In this document: positions 31,391-41,221 of the stretch, piece after piece | Numbering within the stretch: position 1 is the first letter of the stretch | Layout of the letters: each line of letters opens with the position of its first letter | The notes under the pieces: generated by a model | Seen by the model: only the letters and a program-made list of their open reading frames with translations | What the model was told of the DNA's origin: nothing | The model's database searches: none | Program-made: the position numbers and the translations under genes | Source: Candidatus Methanomethylophilaceae archaeon | GTDB lineage: Archaea > Thermoplasmatota > Thermoplasmata > Methanomassiliicoccales > Methanomethylophilaceae | NCBI GenBank assembly: GCA_944320495.1 | Contig: CALUHR010000013.1 | Span: 32,001-96,000, forward strand | Length of the DNA: 64,000 bases | Reading direction: 5' to 3'

Positions 31391-32608
31391 ATGCCCAGGA
31401 ACGAGGAGCTTTCGGTTCGCAGCCTTACGACGGACGACATAGACCAGTACAACTCGCTTCTGCGCTATGCGTTCCAGGTCACGGAGGAGGAGCTCCAGAG
31501 GGCGGGATGGAGGGACGACGACATCCTGCAGTCCAAGTTCCCGGTGCTGGAGAGGGCCGAGGTCCTCGGATGCTGGGACGGTGATCAGCTCGTGTCCCAG
31601 GTGGCCGTCTACCACCTGAGGATGAACATACACGGCGAGGTGTACGACATCGGCCATGTCACCAGCGTCTCCACGTACCCGGAGTACTCCGGCCGCGGGC
31701 TCATGAAGAGGCTGCTGAGGCTCAGCCTCGAGTACATACGCTCAAGCGGGAGGTCCCTGGCCCTGCTCTACCCGTTCTCGATCCCACTTTATCGCCACTT
31801 CGGCTGGGAGATCGTCTCCAACAAGATGTCCTACAAGGTGAAGGACTACCAGATCGCCCCCTCTAGGAAGAAGCCGAAGGCCCCCGGATACGTCAGGAGG
31901 GTGGCCTGGGACGACAGGGAGTTCATGGACCTCCACGCGAGATTCGCCCTCCAGACCCACGGGTGCATCCTGAGGGACAGGGTGGCCTGGGAGGAGTACT
32001 GGAGATGGGACGAGGAGGACACCATCGTCGCCATCTACTACGGCGAGGACGACGTGGCCGAGGGGTACATGGTGTACCAGATCAAGGCGGACGTCATGCA
32101 CGTGAAGGAGATGGTCTACCTGAACATGGAGGCCCAGAGGGGGCTATGGGACTACATCAGCGCCCACTACTCCATGATCGAAGAGGTCAGGGGATACACC
32201 TATAGGAGCGAGCTGATGGCGTTCATCCTCGAGGACGGGAACGTGACGGAGACCATCCGCCCGTACATGATGGCCCGCATCGTGGACGTGGAGCAGTTCT
32301 TCGTCGACTACAGGACCGACGGGGCGGAGGCCGATGTTGTGTTCGCCTTCGAGGTGGAGGACTCCTTCCTCGAGTGGAACAACAGGACCTTCTGCGTGCT
32401 GTTCCACGGCGGAAGGGCCGAGGTGACGGACATGGAACCGGACTACACGGTGAGCCTGTCCATCGGATCGCTGACCACCATGCTGATGGGGTACATGACC
32501 GCCTCACAGCTCGCCAGGCTGGAGAGGCTGAAGGCCGAGCCGGAGGCCGTGGAGGCCCTGGACGAGATACTGATCCACGAGATCCCGTACATCTCGGACT
32601 ATCTGTGA
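31391..32608 (+). CDS. Eis-like GNAT acetyltransferase with C-terminal SCP2-like domain
   Basis: VTSVSTYPEYSGRGLM, LYPFSIPLYRHFGWE, MARIVDVE. Confidence 0.9.
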   Translation: MPRNEELSVRSLTTDDIDQYNSLLRYAFQVTEEELQRAGWRDDDILQSKFPVLERAEVLGCWDGDQLVSQVAVYHLRMNIHGEVYDIGHVTSVSTYPEYSGRGLMKRLLRLSLEYIRSSGRSLALLYPFSIPLYRHFGWEIVSNKMSYKVKDYQIAPSRKKPKAPGYVRRVAWDDREFMDLHARFALQTHGCILRDRVAWEEYWRWDEEDTIVAIYYGEDDVAEGYMVYQIKADVMHVKEMVYLNMEAQRGLWDYISAHYSMIEEVRGYTYRSELMAFILEDGNVTETIRPYMMARIVDVEQFFVDYRTDGAEADVVFAFEVEDSFLEWNNRTFCVLFHGGRAEVTDMEPDYTVSLSIGSLTTMLMGYMTASQLARLERLKAEPEAVEALDEILIHEIPYISDYL

Positions 32609-32660
32609 CGGTCATCGCCGGGATGGGGCGGACGCCCCGCCCCGGCTATTCTCATCAGAC

Positions 32661-33032
32661 TCGGTCGTCCCACTCGGCGAAGAGTCTGGCTATGCCCTTC
32701 TTGGCCACGGACCAGCAGGGGACTCCGCCGATGAGGACGGCCACCTTGATGGCCTCCAGGATCTCCTCCTTGGTGGCCCCGTAGTTCTTGGCCACCCTCG
32801 CCTGGGCGTAGACGCAGTCCTCGCACATCCTTACCGCGACGCACGAGAGCGCCATCAGCCTCTTGGTCTTCCTGTCGATGGCCCCGTCCTCGACCATGAC
32901 CCTGTCCATCGTGTGCAGGGTGTCGATGAAGGACGGATCCAGCTCCCTGATCGCCTTCAGCGTGTCTGGCGCGAACCCGCCCATGCCGCTGCACATCTGC
33001 CCGAACTTGTCTCCTCCGCATTCCTGGGACAT
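32661..33032 (-). CDS. Carboxymuconolactone decarboxylase/AhpD-like protein (ends at CGA)
   Basis: GAIDRKTKRLMAL..VAVRMCEDC...GATKEEILEAI; CGA at 32663-32661, TGA two codons later. Confidence 0.85.
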
Positions 33033-33229
33033 GCGTACGGAATCAGTGGGCGGGCAGATAACGGTTGCCCGTCGTGGGACTGGATTCAACCCCCGTTCAC
33101 ATCCGGCCCCTCGAAGTGATGGGCAGACCCTGTGAACATCGTGGGATCCCCGATCTACAATTGCATATTAACATTCGTAACTATCAAATTATTTAAATAG
33201 AGAATCCCTTCATGGGTCCCTTATAAGTG

Positions 33230-33565
33230 ATGACCATGGTAGACAACCAACCGCTGGAGAGCCCCGATGCGGATGTCACCCGCGTTCGTCTTCCGAACAT
33301 CAAGGAGAACGAGATGTTCGGCATAGCCGACCAGCTGCTGGGCGCATCCAAGATCAAGGTCATGTGCGAGGACGGAGTGTCCCGCGTCGGCCGCATCCCC
33401 GGGAAGATCAAGAAGAGGATGTGGATAAGGGAGGGAGACCTCCTCATCGTGTCCGTCTGGGACTTCCAGCCGGACAAGTGCGACGTCCGCTTCAGGTACA
33501 CCCGCACGCAGGCCGTCAACCTCAGCAAGAGGGGCAAGGTCCCGAAGAACCTCGACATATTCTGA
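33230..33565 (+). CDS. eif1a: Translation initiation factor 1A
   Basis: LGASKIKVMCEDG..R..RIPGKIKKRMWIREGD. Confidence 0.96.
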   Translation: MTMVDNQPLESPDADVTRVRLPNIKENEMFGIADQLLGASKIKVMCEDGVSRVGRIPGKIKKRMWIREGDLLIVSVWDFQPDKCDVRFRYTRTQAVNLSKRGKVPKNLDIF

Positions 33566-33573
33566 GAGGTTCC

Positions 33574-34371
33574 ATGACCTCCTACGAGGAGGCGTACGCG
33601 TACCTCGAGAGGCATGTGGACGCCCTAAAGACGGACCGCACCGGCGACGAGCGTCAGACCGACGCGGAGGTGTTCGACAGGAGGACCCTCCTGACGATCT
33701 ACGACATGATGACCGCCGGGTACATCGACATGGTGCACTACCCCGTGTCGACCGGCAAGGAGGGCAACGTCTTCTACGCCACCGACGAGGACGGCGACGG
33801 CATGGCCCTGAAGATCTTCAGGACCTCCACATCGACGTTCAAGCGCGTGGCTAAGTACATCGAGGGGGACCCCAGGTTCAGGGGCGCCACCGGCAACAGG
33901 TGGCGCATGATCTACACCTGGGTCAACAAGGAGTTCAAGAACCTCGCCAGGTACGCCGAGGCCGGGATACCCGTGCCGGAGCCCATAACGTTCAACCAGA
34001 ACTGCCTCCTGATGGAGTACATCGGCGACGAGACCGGACCCGCCCCCCAGCTCAGGGAGTGCGTCCTGGAGGACCCCACCGAGACCTACGACGATGTGAT
34101 ATCATTCATCATCGACGGATGGCAGGAGGCCCACCTCGTGCACGGGGACCTGAGCGAGTACAACATCCTCATGTGGGACGGCCAGCCCGTTATGATCGAC
34201 GTCGGGCAGGCCATGACCACTGACAACTACAACGCGAAGGAGCTCCTGGAGAGGGACATTCGCAACGTCAACGCCTTCTTCCGGAAGAGGGGCGCGGACG
34301 TCATAGAGGACGCCGTCGTCCTCGACGAGACACTGAACGGCGGCAGCGACGACGAGGAGGAAGAGGAATGA
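33574..34371 (+). CDS. rio1: RIO1 family serine/threonine kinase
   Basis: STGKEGNVF, KEFKNL, LVHGDLSEYNIL, IDVGQA. Confidence 0.95.
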   Translation: MTSYEEAYAYLERHVDALKTDRTGDERQTDAEVFDRRTLLTIYDMMTAGYIDMVHYPVSTGKEGNVFYATDEDGDGMALKIFRTSTSTFKRVAKYIEGDPRFRGATGNRWRMIYTWVNKEFKNLARYAEAGIPVPEPITFNQNCLLMEYIGDETGPAPQLRECVLEDPTETYDDVISFIIDGWQEAHLVHGDLSEYNILMWDGQPVMIDVGQAMTTDNYNAKELLERDIRNVNAFFRKRGADVIEDAVVLDETLNGGSDDEEEEE

Positions 34372-34916
34372 GGTCCATAAGGATACCCGCCGACAGGGTC
34401 GGCACCCTCATAGGGAAGAACGGAGAGGTCAAGAAGACCCTCCAGAACATCTCCGGGATCAAGATCGATGTGGACACCGAGGAGGGGGAGGTCATCCTCC
34501 ACGACGACGTGGAGCTCGAGGACCCCCTCAAGGCGCTCCAGCTCATGGACGTCGTCAAGGCCGTCGGCAGGGGGTTCAACCCCGAGAAGGCCATGAGGCT
34601 GTTCGAGGACGACGAGTACCTCGAGGTCGTTGATCTCAAGGAGTTCGTCGGCGAGCGCTCCAACCAGCTCGCCAGGATCCGCGGGAGGCTCATCGGCAAG
34701 GACGGCAAGACCCGCAGGATCATCGAGGACCTGACCGGCTGCGATATGGTGATCTACGGCAACACCGTCGGGCTGATCGGGAACTCCGTCACACTCCCCG
34801 TGGCCAAGCACGCCGTGGAGCTCATCCTCCAGGGCAGCGAGCACGCCACCGTGTACCACTATCTGGAGAGCCAGCGCCCCCGCCTCCGCATCGCGGAGAT
34901 GGGATTCGACCTGTGA
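34368..34916 (+). CDS. KH-domain pre-rRNA processing protein Dim2/Pno1
   Basis: RVGTLIGKNG, VGRGFNPEKA, RGRLIGKDGKTR. Confidence 0.93.
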   Translation: MRSIRIPADRVGTLIGKNGEVKKTLQNISGIKIDVDTEEGEVILHDDVELEDPLKALQLMDVVKAVGRGFNPEKAMRLFEDDEYLEVVDLKEFVGERSNQLARIRGRLIGKDGKTRRIIEDLTGCDMVIYGNTVGLIGNSVTLPVAKHAVELILQGSEHATVYHYLESQRPRLRIAEMGFDL

Positions 34917-34925
34917 GGCGACCCC

Positions 34926-36152
34926 ATGGAGGACTGGATCTACGAGAACCTGGAGACCGCCCGCGCCCTCGCTTCCGAGGGACTGTGCGACAGGTGCCTG
35001 GGCCGCATGTTCGGCAAGGTCGGCACCGGCATGACCAACGACGAGCGCGGACGCATGGTCCGCGAGGCTCTCGCGGAGGAGGGAGACTGCCCTCCCGCAG
35101 TGTCGCCCTGTCCCCTGTGCGAGGACATCTTCGACCTGCTCCCCCGCTTCGCCGAGAACGTGGCGGAGGCGGTGAACCCCATAGAGTCCGACAACTTCCT
35201 CGTCGGCACCAAGGTCGAACCCGAGATCGCCGAGCGCGAGAGGGCCCTGTGGGAGAAGCACCAGCTCCAGAGCCCGGAGGCCATCAAGTCCGAGCTCAAC
35301 CGCGAGATCGGCAAGCTGGCACTCCCCATGATCCACCGCCCGGTGGAGTTCAAGAACCCCCAGGTGGTCGCCCTGGTGGACACCCGCTTCGGCGAGGTCA
35401 AGCTGGACATCGCCCCCCTCTTCATCGCCGGCCGCTACAACAAGTACAGCCGCGAGATCCCCCAGACCATATGGCCCTGCAGGGAGTGCCACGGCAAGGG
35501 ATGTCCCCACTGCCACGGCAAGGGCAAGATGTACGAGACCTCGGTGCAGGAGATCATCGGGGACATCGCCCTGGAGATGGCCGACGGGAAGGAGCACTTC
35601 TTCCACGGCATGGGCCGCGAGGACATCGACGCGCGCATGCTCGGTGACGGGAGGCCCTTCGTCCTGGAGATCTCCCAGCCCAGGAGGAGGTTCATAGACC
35701 TGGACGAGCTCGAGAGGAGGTCCAGCGCAGGCGACATGGCAGCGTTCAACTCCCTGCACTTCGTCCAGCGCGAGGCCGTCGAGAGATACAAGGGTGCCGC
35801 GTCCGACAAGGTCTATCGCGTGCGCGTTAAAGCAGACGGCAAAGTTAATAAAGAGGCAGTAGTTGACGTCGCCTTATCGTTCAAGGACGCCGATATAGAA
35901 CAGAGGACTCCACGCCGTGTCGAGCACAGAAGGGCCGACCTGGTCAGGAAGAGGAGGATCCACTGGGTGACGGCGGACTCCTTCGACGGGGACCGGTTCG
36001 ACCTCGAACTCGAGACCGACTCCGGCACGTACGTGAAGGAGTTCGTGTCCGGGGACGACGGCCGCACTCACCCCAACTTCTCTGAGAGGCTTGGGATCCA
36101 GTGCGTCGTCGAGGCCCTCGACGTATTGGCGATTGACTATCACGAACCACGA
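34926..36152 (+). CDS. pus10: tRNA pseudouridine(54/55) synthase Pus10 (ends at CGA)
   Basis: LCDRCLGR, FHGMGREDIDARMLG.GRPF, QRTP.RV..RRAD, GTYVKEFVSGD.GRT.P, LDVLAI; CGA at 36150-36152, 10 nt before the rpl21e ATG. Confidence 0.95.
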
Positions 36153-36162
36153 GGGATTCACA

Positions 36163-36456
36163 ATGCAGGCATCCAGAGGAACAAGGACCAAAACCCGCAA
36201 CCTCCTGAAGAAGAAGCCGAGGGCACGCGGCCTGTCCCCCATCACCAAGGGACTCCAGACCTTCGAGCCCGGCGACAAGGTCAACATCATCATCGACCCC
36301 AGCGTCCACAAGGGCATGCCCTTCTCCAGGTTCCACGGTCTCACCGGCGTCGTCATCGACTCCAGGGGAGAGGCCTACGAGGTCAGCGTCAAGGACGGCA
36401 ACAAGACGAAGATCGTCGTCGCCCGCCCCGAGCACCTCGTCAGGACCATGGAGTGA
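36163..36456 (+). CDS. rpl21e: 50S ribosomal protein L21e
   Basis: SRGTRTKTR, IDPSVHKGMP..RFHG.TG, ARPEHL. Confidence 0.97.
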   Translation: MQASRGTRTKTRNLLKKKPRARGLSPITKGLQTFEPGDKVNIIIDPSVHKGMPFSRFHGLTGVVIDSRGEAYEVSVKDGNKTKIVVARPEHLVRTME

Positions 36457-36462
36457 GGTCCC

Positions 36463-36789
36463 ATGGAGCAGAGGTACCTCACGGTCGCCGAGGTGGGGGC
36501 GCTCCTCCAGGCCGAATCAGAGGCCAGGGGATACGACTTCATGCTCGCCTCCCAGAAGGCGGCGCTCGACCACGCGCAGAAGACCTGCGCGATTACGAAG
36601 GAGCAGGCGGACGCCATCGTGGCCGCCGCCCTCCAGCTCGACTTCGTGACCGAGCCCGTGGCCGTGAAGATCGCCGACCTGCTCCCCTCCACCCCCGAGG
36701 ACGTGCGCGCCATCTTCGCCAAGGAGAGGGTCGTCCTCGAGAAGGAGCAGATAGACGCCGTCATCGACATCGTCAGCGACAACTCGTGA
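36463..36789 (+). CDS. rpoF: RNA polymerase subunit F (Rpo4)
   Basis: YLT.AEV..LL, AVKIADLLP...EDVRAIF; conserved position after rpl21e. Confidence 0.92.
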   Translation: MEQRYLTVAEVGALLQAESEARGYDFMLASQKAALDHAQKTCAITKEQADAIVAAALQLDFVTEPVAVKIADLLPSTPEDVRAIFAKERVVLEKEQIDAVIDIVSDNS

Positions 36790-36798
36790 CGTGATCAA

Positions 36799-37350
36799 GT
36801 GGAAGACTACGCCTACATCCTCGACTGGCTGCCGACCGGTGCCACCGGCGGCGGATTCTCCAAACGCGAACCCCTCGTCTACGCCATCGGCGCGGAGGAG
36901 TTCAAGCTCTTCGAGCTCGTCCCGAAGGCTACCGCGCAGGTGACCATAGGCACCAGGACCTACATCGGGAAGGACACCCCCCAGATCAAGAGGGACGTTA
37001 TCGACCACGTCAAGAGGCGCATCGGTTTCAACGAGCTCACCAGCAACGCCCAGAGCGAGCTGGAGTACGCTGTGACCGACATAGTCATGGCCGACCAGGC
37101 CAGGTTCGTGAAGTTCTTCAACGAGGCCGAGGGGATCAGCCTCCGCAAGCACATGCTTGAGGAGCTGCCCGGCCTCGGGAAGAAGTCCATGGCCACCATC
37201 CTCGAGGAGAGGAAGAAGGGTCCGTTCAAGGACTTCGCAGACCTCACCGAGCGCACCGGCATCAAGGCGCCCGAGAAGTTCATCGTTTCGCGCATCGTGC
37301 TCGAGATCTCCGATCCCGACAGGAAGCGCTACATCTTCGTCTCCAGATGA
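36799..37350 (+). CDS. DUF655 nucleic-acid-binding protein (OB/HhH)
   Basis: EDYAYILDWLP, LEELPGLGKK HhH; conserved rpoF-DUF655-ksgA order. Confidence 0.88.
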   Translation: MEDYAYILDWLPTGATGGGFSKREPLVYAIGAEEFKLFELVPKATAQVTIGTRTYIGKDTPQIKRDVIDHVKRRIGFNELTSNAQSELEYAVTDIVMADQARFVKFFNEAEGISLRKHMLEELPGLGKKSMATILEERKKGPFKDFADLTERTGIKAPEKFIVSRIVLEISDPDRKRYIFVSR

Positions 37351-38132
37351 GCACCGCCAGAGAGCTCATGGCCTCCGCGGGAGTCGTCCCGAAGAAGAGC
37401 AAGGGGCAGAATTTTCTGATTGACGACCGCGTGGCGGACCGCATCGTCGGCTACGCCGGCATCACGCCCTCCGACAGGGTGCTGGAGATCGGCCCCGGGT
37501 TCGGCGTCCTCACAGATAGGCTCGCCGGCATGGGATCGAGCCTCACGTGCATCGAACTTGATACCAAGCTCGCATCCTACATCAGATCGACCTACGGCGA
37601 CCGCCTCACGCTCATCGAGGGCGACGCGGTCAAGGTCCCCTTCCCGGAGTTCGACGTCCTCGTCAGCAACCTGCCGTACAGCGTCTCGACCCCCATCATC
37701 TTCAAGCTCCTGGACCGCCCGTTCAGACGCGCCGTCGTCATGGTCCAGAAGGAGTTCGCCGACCGCATGGTCGCGGACGTCGGCAGCCCCGAGTACTCGA
37801 GGCTCACCGTCAACCTGTTCTACCGCGCCGAGTGCGAGATACTCGAACCCGTCCCCGCGTCCAGGTTCGACCCCAGGCCCAAGGTTGACTCCGCCGTAGT
37901 CGGCATAACGCCGAGACCCGCGCCGTTCGAGGTCCTCGACGAGCGCACGTTCTTCAAGGTGACCGAGGCCTGCTTCAACCAGCGCAGGAAGAAGATCGGC
38001 ACCGCCCTCAGGAACTACCGTCTGGTGGAGTCGTCCGAGAACATACCCTACAGGGACGACCGCATAGAGGACCTCCGTCCGGTGGAGATCGCCGAGATCG
38101 CTGACGCGGTGTTCCTGACCAGCAGACAGCGA
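37347..38132 (+). CDS. ksgA: 16S rRNA dimethyladenosine transferase (ends at CGA)
   Basis: GQNFL, LEIGPG.G, SNLPY, QKEFA, F.P.PKVDS; in-frame CGA at 38130-38132. Confidence 0.95.
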
Positions 38133-38202
38133 TCGCTTCAACCAGACCGCCGGCGAAGAGGGGCAGGTTGATATACAACATATTGTCTGATTGCGGGACA
38201 TC

Positions 38203-38919
38203 ATGAGGCACGACCATATCGCCAGACGCATCCTCGTCTTCGCGATGGGTCTTCTGGTGATCTCGCTGAGCATCGGATTCATCACGAAGGCGTCCCTCGG
38301 GACCCCTCCGATCTCCTCCATCCCCTACAGCCTGTCACTGATCTTCCCATCGCTGACGCTCGGCAACTTCACCATCCTCTACAGCCTGCTGCTCGTGTTC
38401 CTGCAGCTCGTCATCCTCGGGAAGGAGGCGGACAAGCTCAGCCTCGGTCTCCAGGTCATCATATCATTCGTGTTCGGGTACTTCATCGACTTCGGGCTCA
38501 TGGTGCTGGGCGACTTCGCGCCAGACGCCTACTGGGAGCAGGTCGTCTGCGTCCTGATCGGATGCTTCGGACTCGCCCTTGGGGTCTATCTGCAGATCAT
38601 CGCCGACTTCACCATGGTCCCAGGGGACGGCTTCGCCTACGCGCTCTCGGTGAAGATCAAGAGGAAGCCCTACAGGGTCGTCCGCGTCTGCTCGGACGTG
38701 ACGATGATCGTCATCGCCGCCCTGCTCGGCTTCATCGCCATGGGCGGGACCGGAGGGGTGCGCGAGGGCACCGTCATCTGCGCGCTCCTGATCGGCACCA
38801 TAGCGGGAGTCTACTTCAGCAAGCTGAGGTGGCTCACCGTCAGGCTCTTCCCGGAGGATGCCCAGGAGACCGTAGTCACCGCCGAACCCGCGGGGGGATC
38901 CGGTGCCAGCGGACAGTGA
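38203..38919 (+). CDS. YczE/YyaS/YitT-like membrane protein
   Basis: ASLGTPPISSIPY, VPGDG, GVREGT motifs. Confidence 0.85.
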   Translation: MRHDHIARRILVFAMGLLVISLSIGFITKASLGTPPISSIPYSLSLIFPSLTLGNFTILYSLLLVFLQLVILGKEADKLSLGLQVIISFVFGYFIDFGLMVLGDFAPDAYWEQVVCVLIGCFGLALGVYLQIIADFTMVPGDGFAYALSVKIKRKPYRVVRVCSDVTMIVIAALLGFIAMGGTGGVREGTVICALLIGTIAGVYFSKLRWLTVRLFPEDAQETVVTAEPAGGSGASGQ

Positions 38920-39346
38920 CATCCTGGCCGTGGCCCGCATGCTCCGCATCGCGGGGCGCGAGGTCACGAGACGCCGCGACGCCCATGCCGCCAGCCTCGG
39001 GCTGACATCGTCCCAGGCGGATGCGCTCACGTTCATCCGCGAGCATCCGGGATGCATGATCGCCGACCTCGGGGCCTATTCAGGCTCCTCGCACCAGGCG
39101 GCCAGGACCCTCGTCGAGAGGCTGCGGGAGAGGGGACTGGTCGAGGTCTCCGTATCGGACAGGGACGCCCGCGCAAGGGTCCTCGAGATAACCCCCCGCG
39201 GAATACTCCTGCACGACAGGTTCCTCGCCATGGGCGCGGAGTCCTTCGGCAACATCAGGGAATCCTTCGACGAGGGCGAGGTCAGGGACCTCAGGGACAC
39301 CTTGGAGAGGTTGATGGCGCTCCTCGGTCTGGAGAGGACGGTCCGA
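38903..39346 (+). CDS. MarR-family regulator (ends at CGA)
   Basis: LT.SQ...L.FI, LV.RL.ERGLV......DAR...L..TP.G; CGA at 39344-39346; start uncertain. Confidence 0.78.
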
Positions 39347-39368
39347 TCCGTATTTCTATGGTGACACG

Positions 39369-39950
39369 ATGTCATCGAACATGGATCTCGAGAGGTTCAG
39401 AGAGCTGATGGCGAGGGACGGAAGGATCGTCTTCCCCTCCGAGGACGTAGGCGCGTTCTTGAACGAGGCGGCCGACAGGTCCCGCCGCATCACCATGGAC
39501 CTCAACACCGAATACCACACGATGGAGGAGATCCGCTCCATCATGTCGGAGCTCATATGCGAGCCCGTGGGCGAGGGGTTCAGATTGTTTCCTCCGTTCC
39601 ATGCGGACTTCGGCATGAACATCCACATCGGAAGGGACGTGTTCATCAACGAGGGGTGCTGCTTCCAGGACCAGGGAGGAATCTGGATAGGCGACGGATC
39701 GATGATAGGTCAGCAGGTCGTCATGGCCACCCTCGACCACGACCTGGACCCGGAGCACAGATATGACATGTTCCCGGGGCCGATTCACATCGGCAGGAAC
39801 GTCTGGGTCGGTGCCCATGCGACGATACTCAGGAACGTGACCATAGGCGACGGGGCCGTCGTGGCGGCCGGTGCGGTGGTCACGAGGGATGTCCCGCCGA
39901 ACACGGTCGTCGCCGGGGTGCCAGCGAAAGTCGTGAAGACCGTGGATCGA
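39369..39950 (+). CDS. Sugar O-acetyltransferase, maltose/galactoside LbH family (ends at CGA)
   Basis: PPFHADFG.NI..G..VFIN, hexapeptide repeats, GAVVT.DVP...VVAGVPAKVVK; CGA at 39948-39950. Confidence 0.92.
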
Positions 39951-40026
39951 TTCTGGCACTTCGGATGCGGATGGGAAATCGCCCGACACAATTTAACGCG
40001 AGTACCCCCATCGGCCCCGGGATCAC

Positions 40027-41214
40027 ATGCAGATAGGAATCGTAGGGAAGCCGAACGTCGGCAAGTCGACCTTCTTCGGAGCAGCCACCATGGCGCCGGT
40101 GGAGATCGCCAACTATCCCTTCACCACCATCGAGCCCAACAAGGGCGTCGCTTACGTGCGCACACCGTGCCCCTGCAGGGAGCTCGGCGTCAAGTGCACA
40201 CCGCACAACTCGATCTGCGTCGACGGGACCAGGATGGTCCCAGTGGAACTCCTGGACGTCGCCGGGCTGGTCCCCGACGCGTGGCAGGGCAAGGGCCTGG
40301 GAAACAAGTTCCTGGACGACCTGAGGCAGGCGGACGCCCTGATCAACGTCGTGGACGCCAGCGGCTCCACCGACATCGAGGGGAACCCCGTGGACACCGG
40401 CACCCACGACCCGACCGAGGACATCCTGTTCCTCAGGACCGAGATCGAGTGCTGGATGCGCGAGATCATCAAGAACGGCTTCGCCAAGATAGCCAGACAG
40501 GCCAAGATGCAGGGATCCAAGCCCGAGGCGATACTCGCGGAGAGGCTCCAGGGGCTGAAGGTCACCGAGACCCAGATCAAGGAGGCCCTGAGAGAGGTCC
40601 CTCTCCCGGACGACCCCACCAAGTGGGACGACGACCTTCTGCTGAAGCTGTGCGGAGCCATCCGCGAGCGCTCCAAGCCGATGATCGCCGCCATGAACAA
40701 GGCCGATCTCGCCTCGAAGGAGAACCTCGCGAAGATCGAGGCGGTCAACCCGATCTGCGTCCCCACCATGGCCGAGACCGAGCTCGCCCTCAAGAAGGCC
40801 GCCGCCGGCGGACTGGTGGACTACACCCCGGGCGACGCCACCTTCAGGATCAAGGACGGGGCGAAGGTCTCCGAGGGACAGAGGAAGGCCCTCGAGTACA
40901 TGGCGGAGAACATGGAGCGCAACGGCGGCACCGGCGTCCAGAGATGCATCGAGGAGGCCGCGTTCAAGATGCTGGACCTCATCTGCGTCTATCCCGTCGA
41001 GGACGAGACCAAGTTCACCGACCACTTCGGCAGGGTCCTGCCGGACGCGTTCCTGGTGCCCCGCGGCAGCACCGCCCGGGACCTGGCGTACCGCGTGCAC
41101 ACCGACCTCGGGGACAAGTTCATACGCGCCGTCAACGCGAAGACCAAGCGCACCGTCGGTGCGGACTACGTCCTCCAGGACGGCGACGTCATCAGGATAG
41201 TCGCCAACAAGTGA
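40027..41214 (+). CDS. YchF/OLA1-related archaeal GTPase with TGS domain
   Basis: GKPNVGKST, NYPFTTIEPN, DVAGL, NKAD, C-terminal TGS. Confidence 0.94.
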   Translation: MQIGIVGKPNVGKSTFFGAATMAPVEIANYPFTTIEPNKGVAYVRTPCPCRELGVKCTPHNSICVDGTRMVPVELLDVAGLVPDAWQGKGLGNKFLDDLRQADALINVVDASGSTDIEGNPVDTGTHDPTEDILFLRTEIECWMREIIKNGFAKIARQAKMQGSKPEAILAERLQGLKVTETQIKEALREVPLPDDPTKWDDDLLLKLCGAIRERSKPMIAAMNKADLASKENLAKIEAVNPICVPTMAETELALKKAAAGGLVDYTPGDATFRIKDGAKVSEGQRKALEYMAENMERNGGTGVQRCIEEAAFKMLDLICVYPVEDETKFTDHFGRVLPDAFLVPRGSTARDLAYRVHTDLGDKFIRAVNAKTKRTVGADYVLQDGDVIRIVANK

Positions 41215-41221
41215 GGTTCCC

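Noticed and set aside
27293-32650. Integrated element at tRNA-Tyr
   Set aside because: Accessory-looking genes follow the tRNA, but I found no integrase and no duplicated tRNA 3' end.
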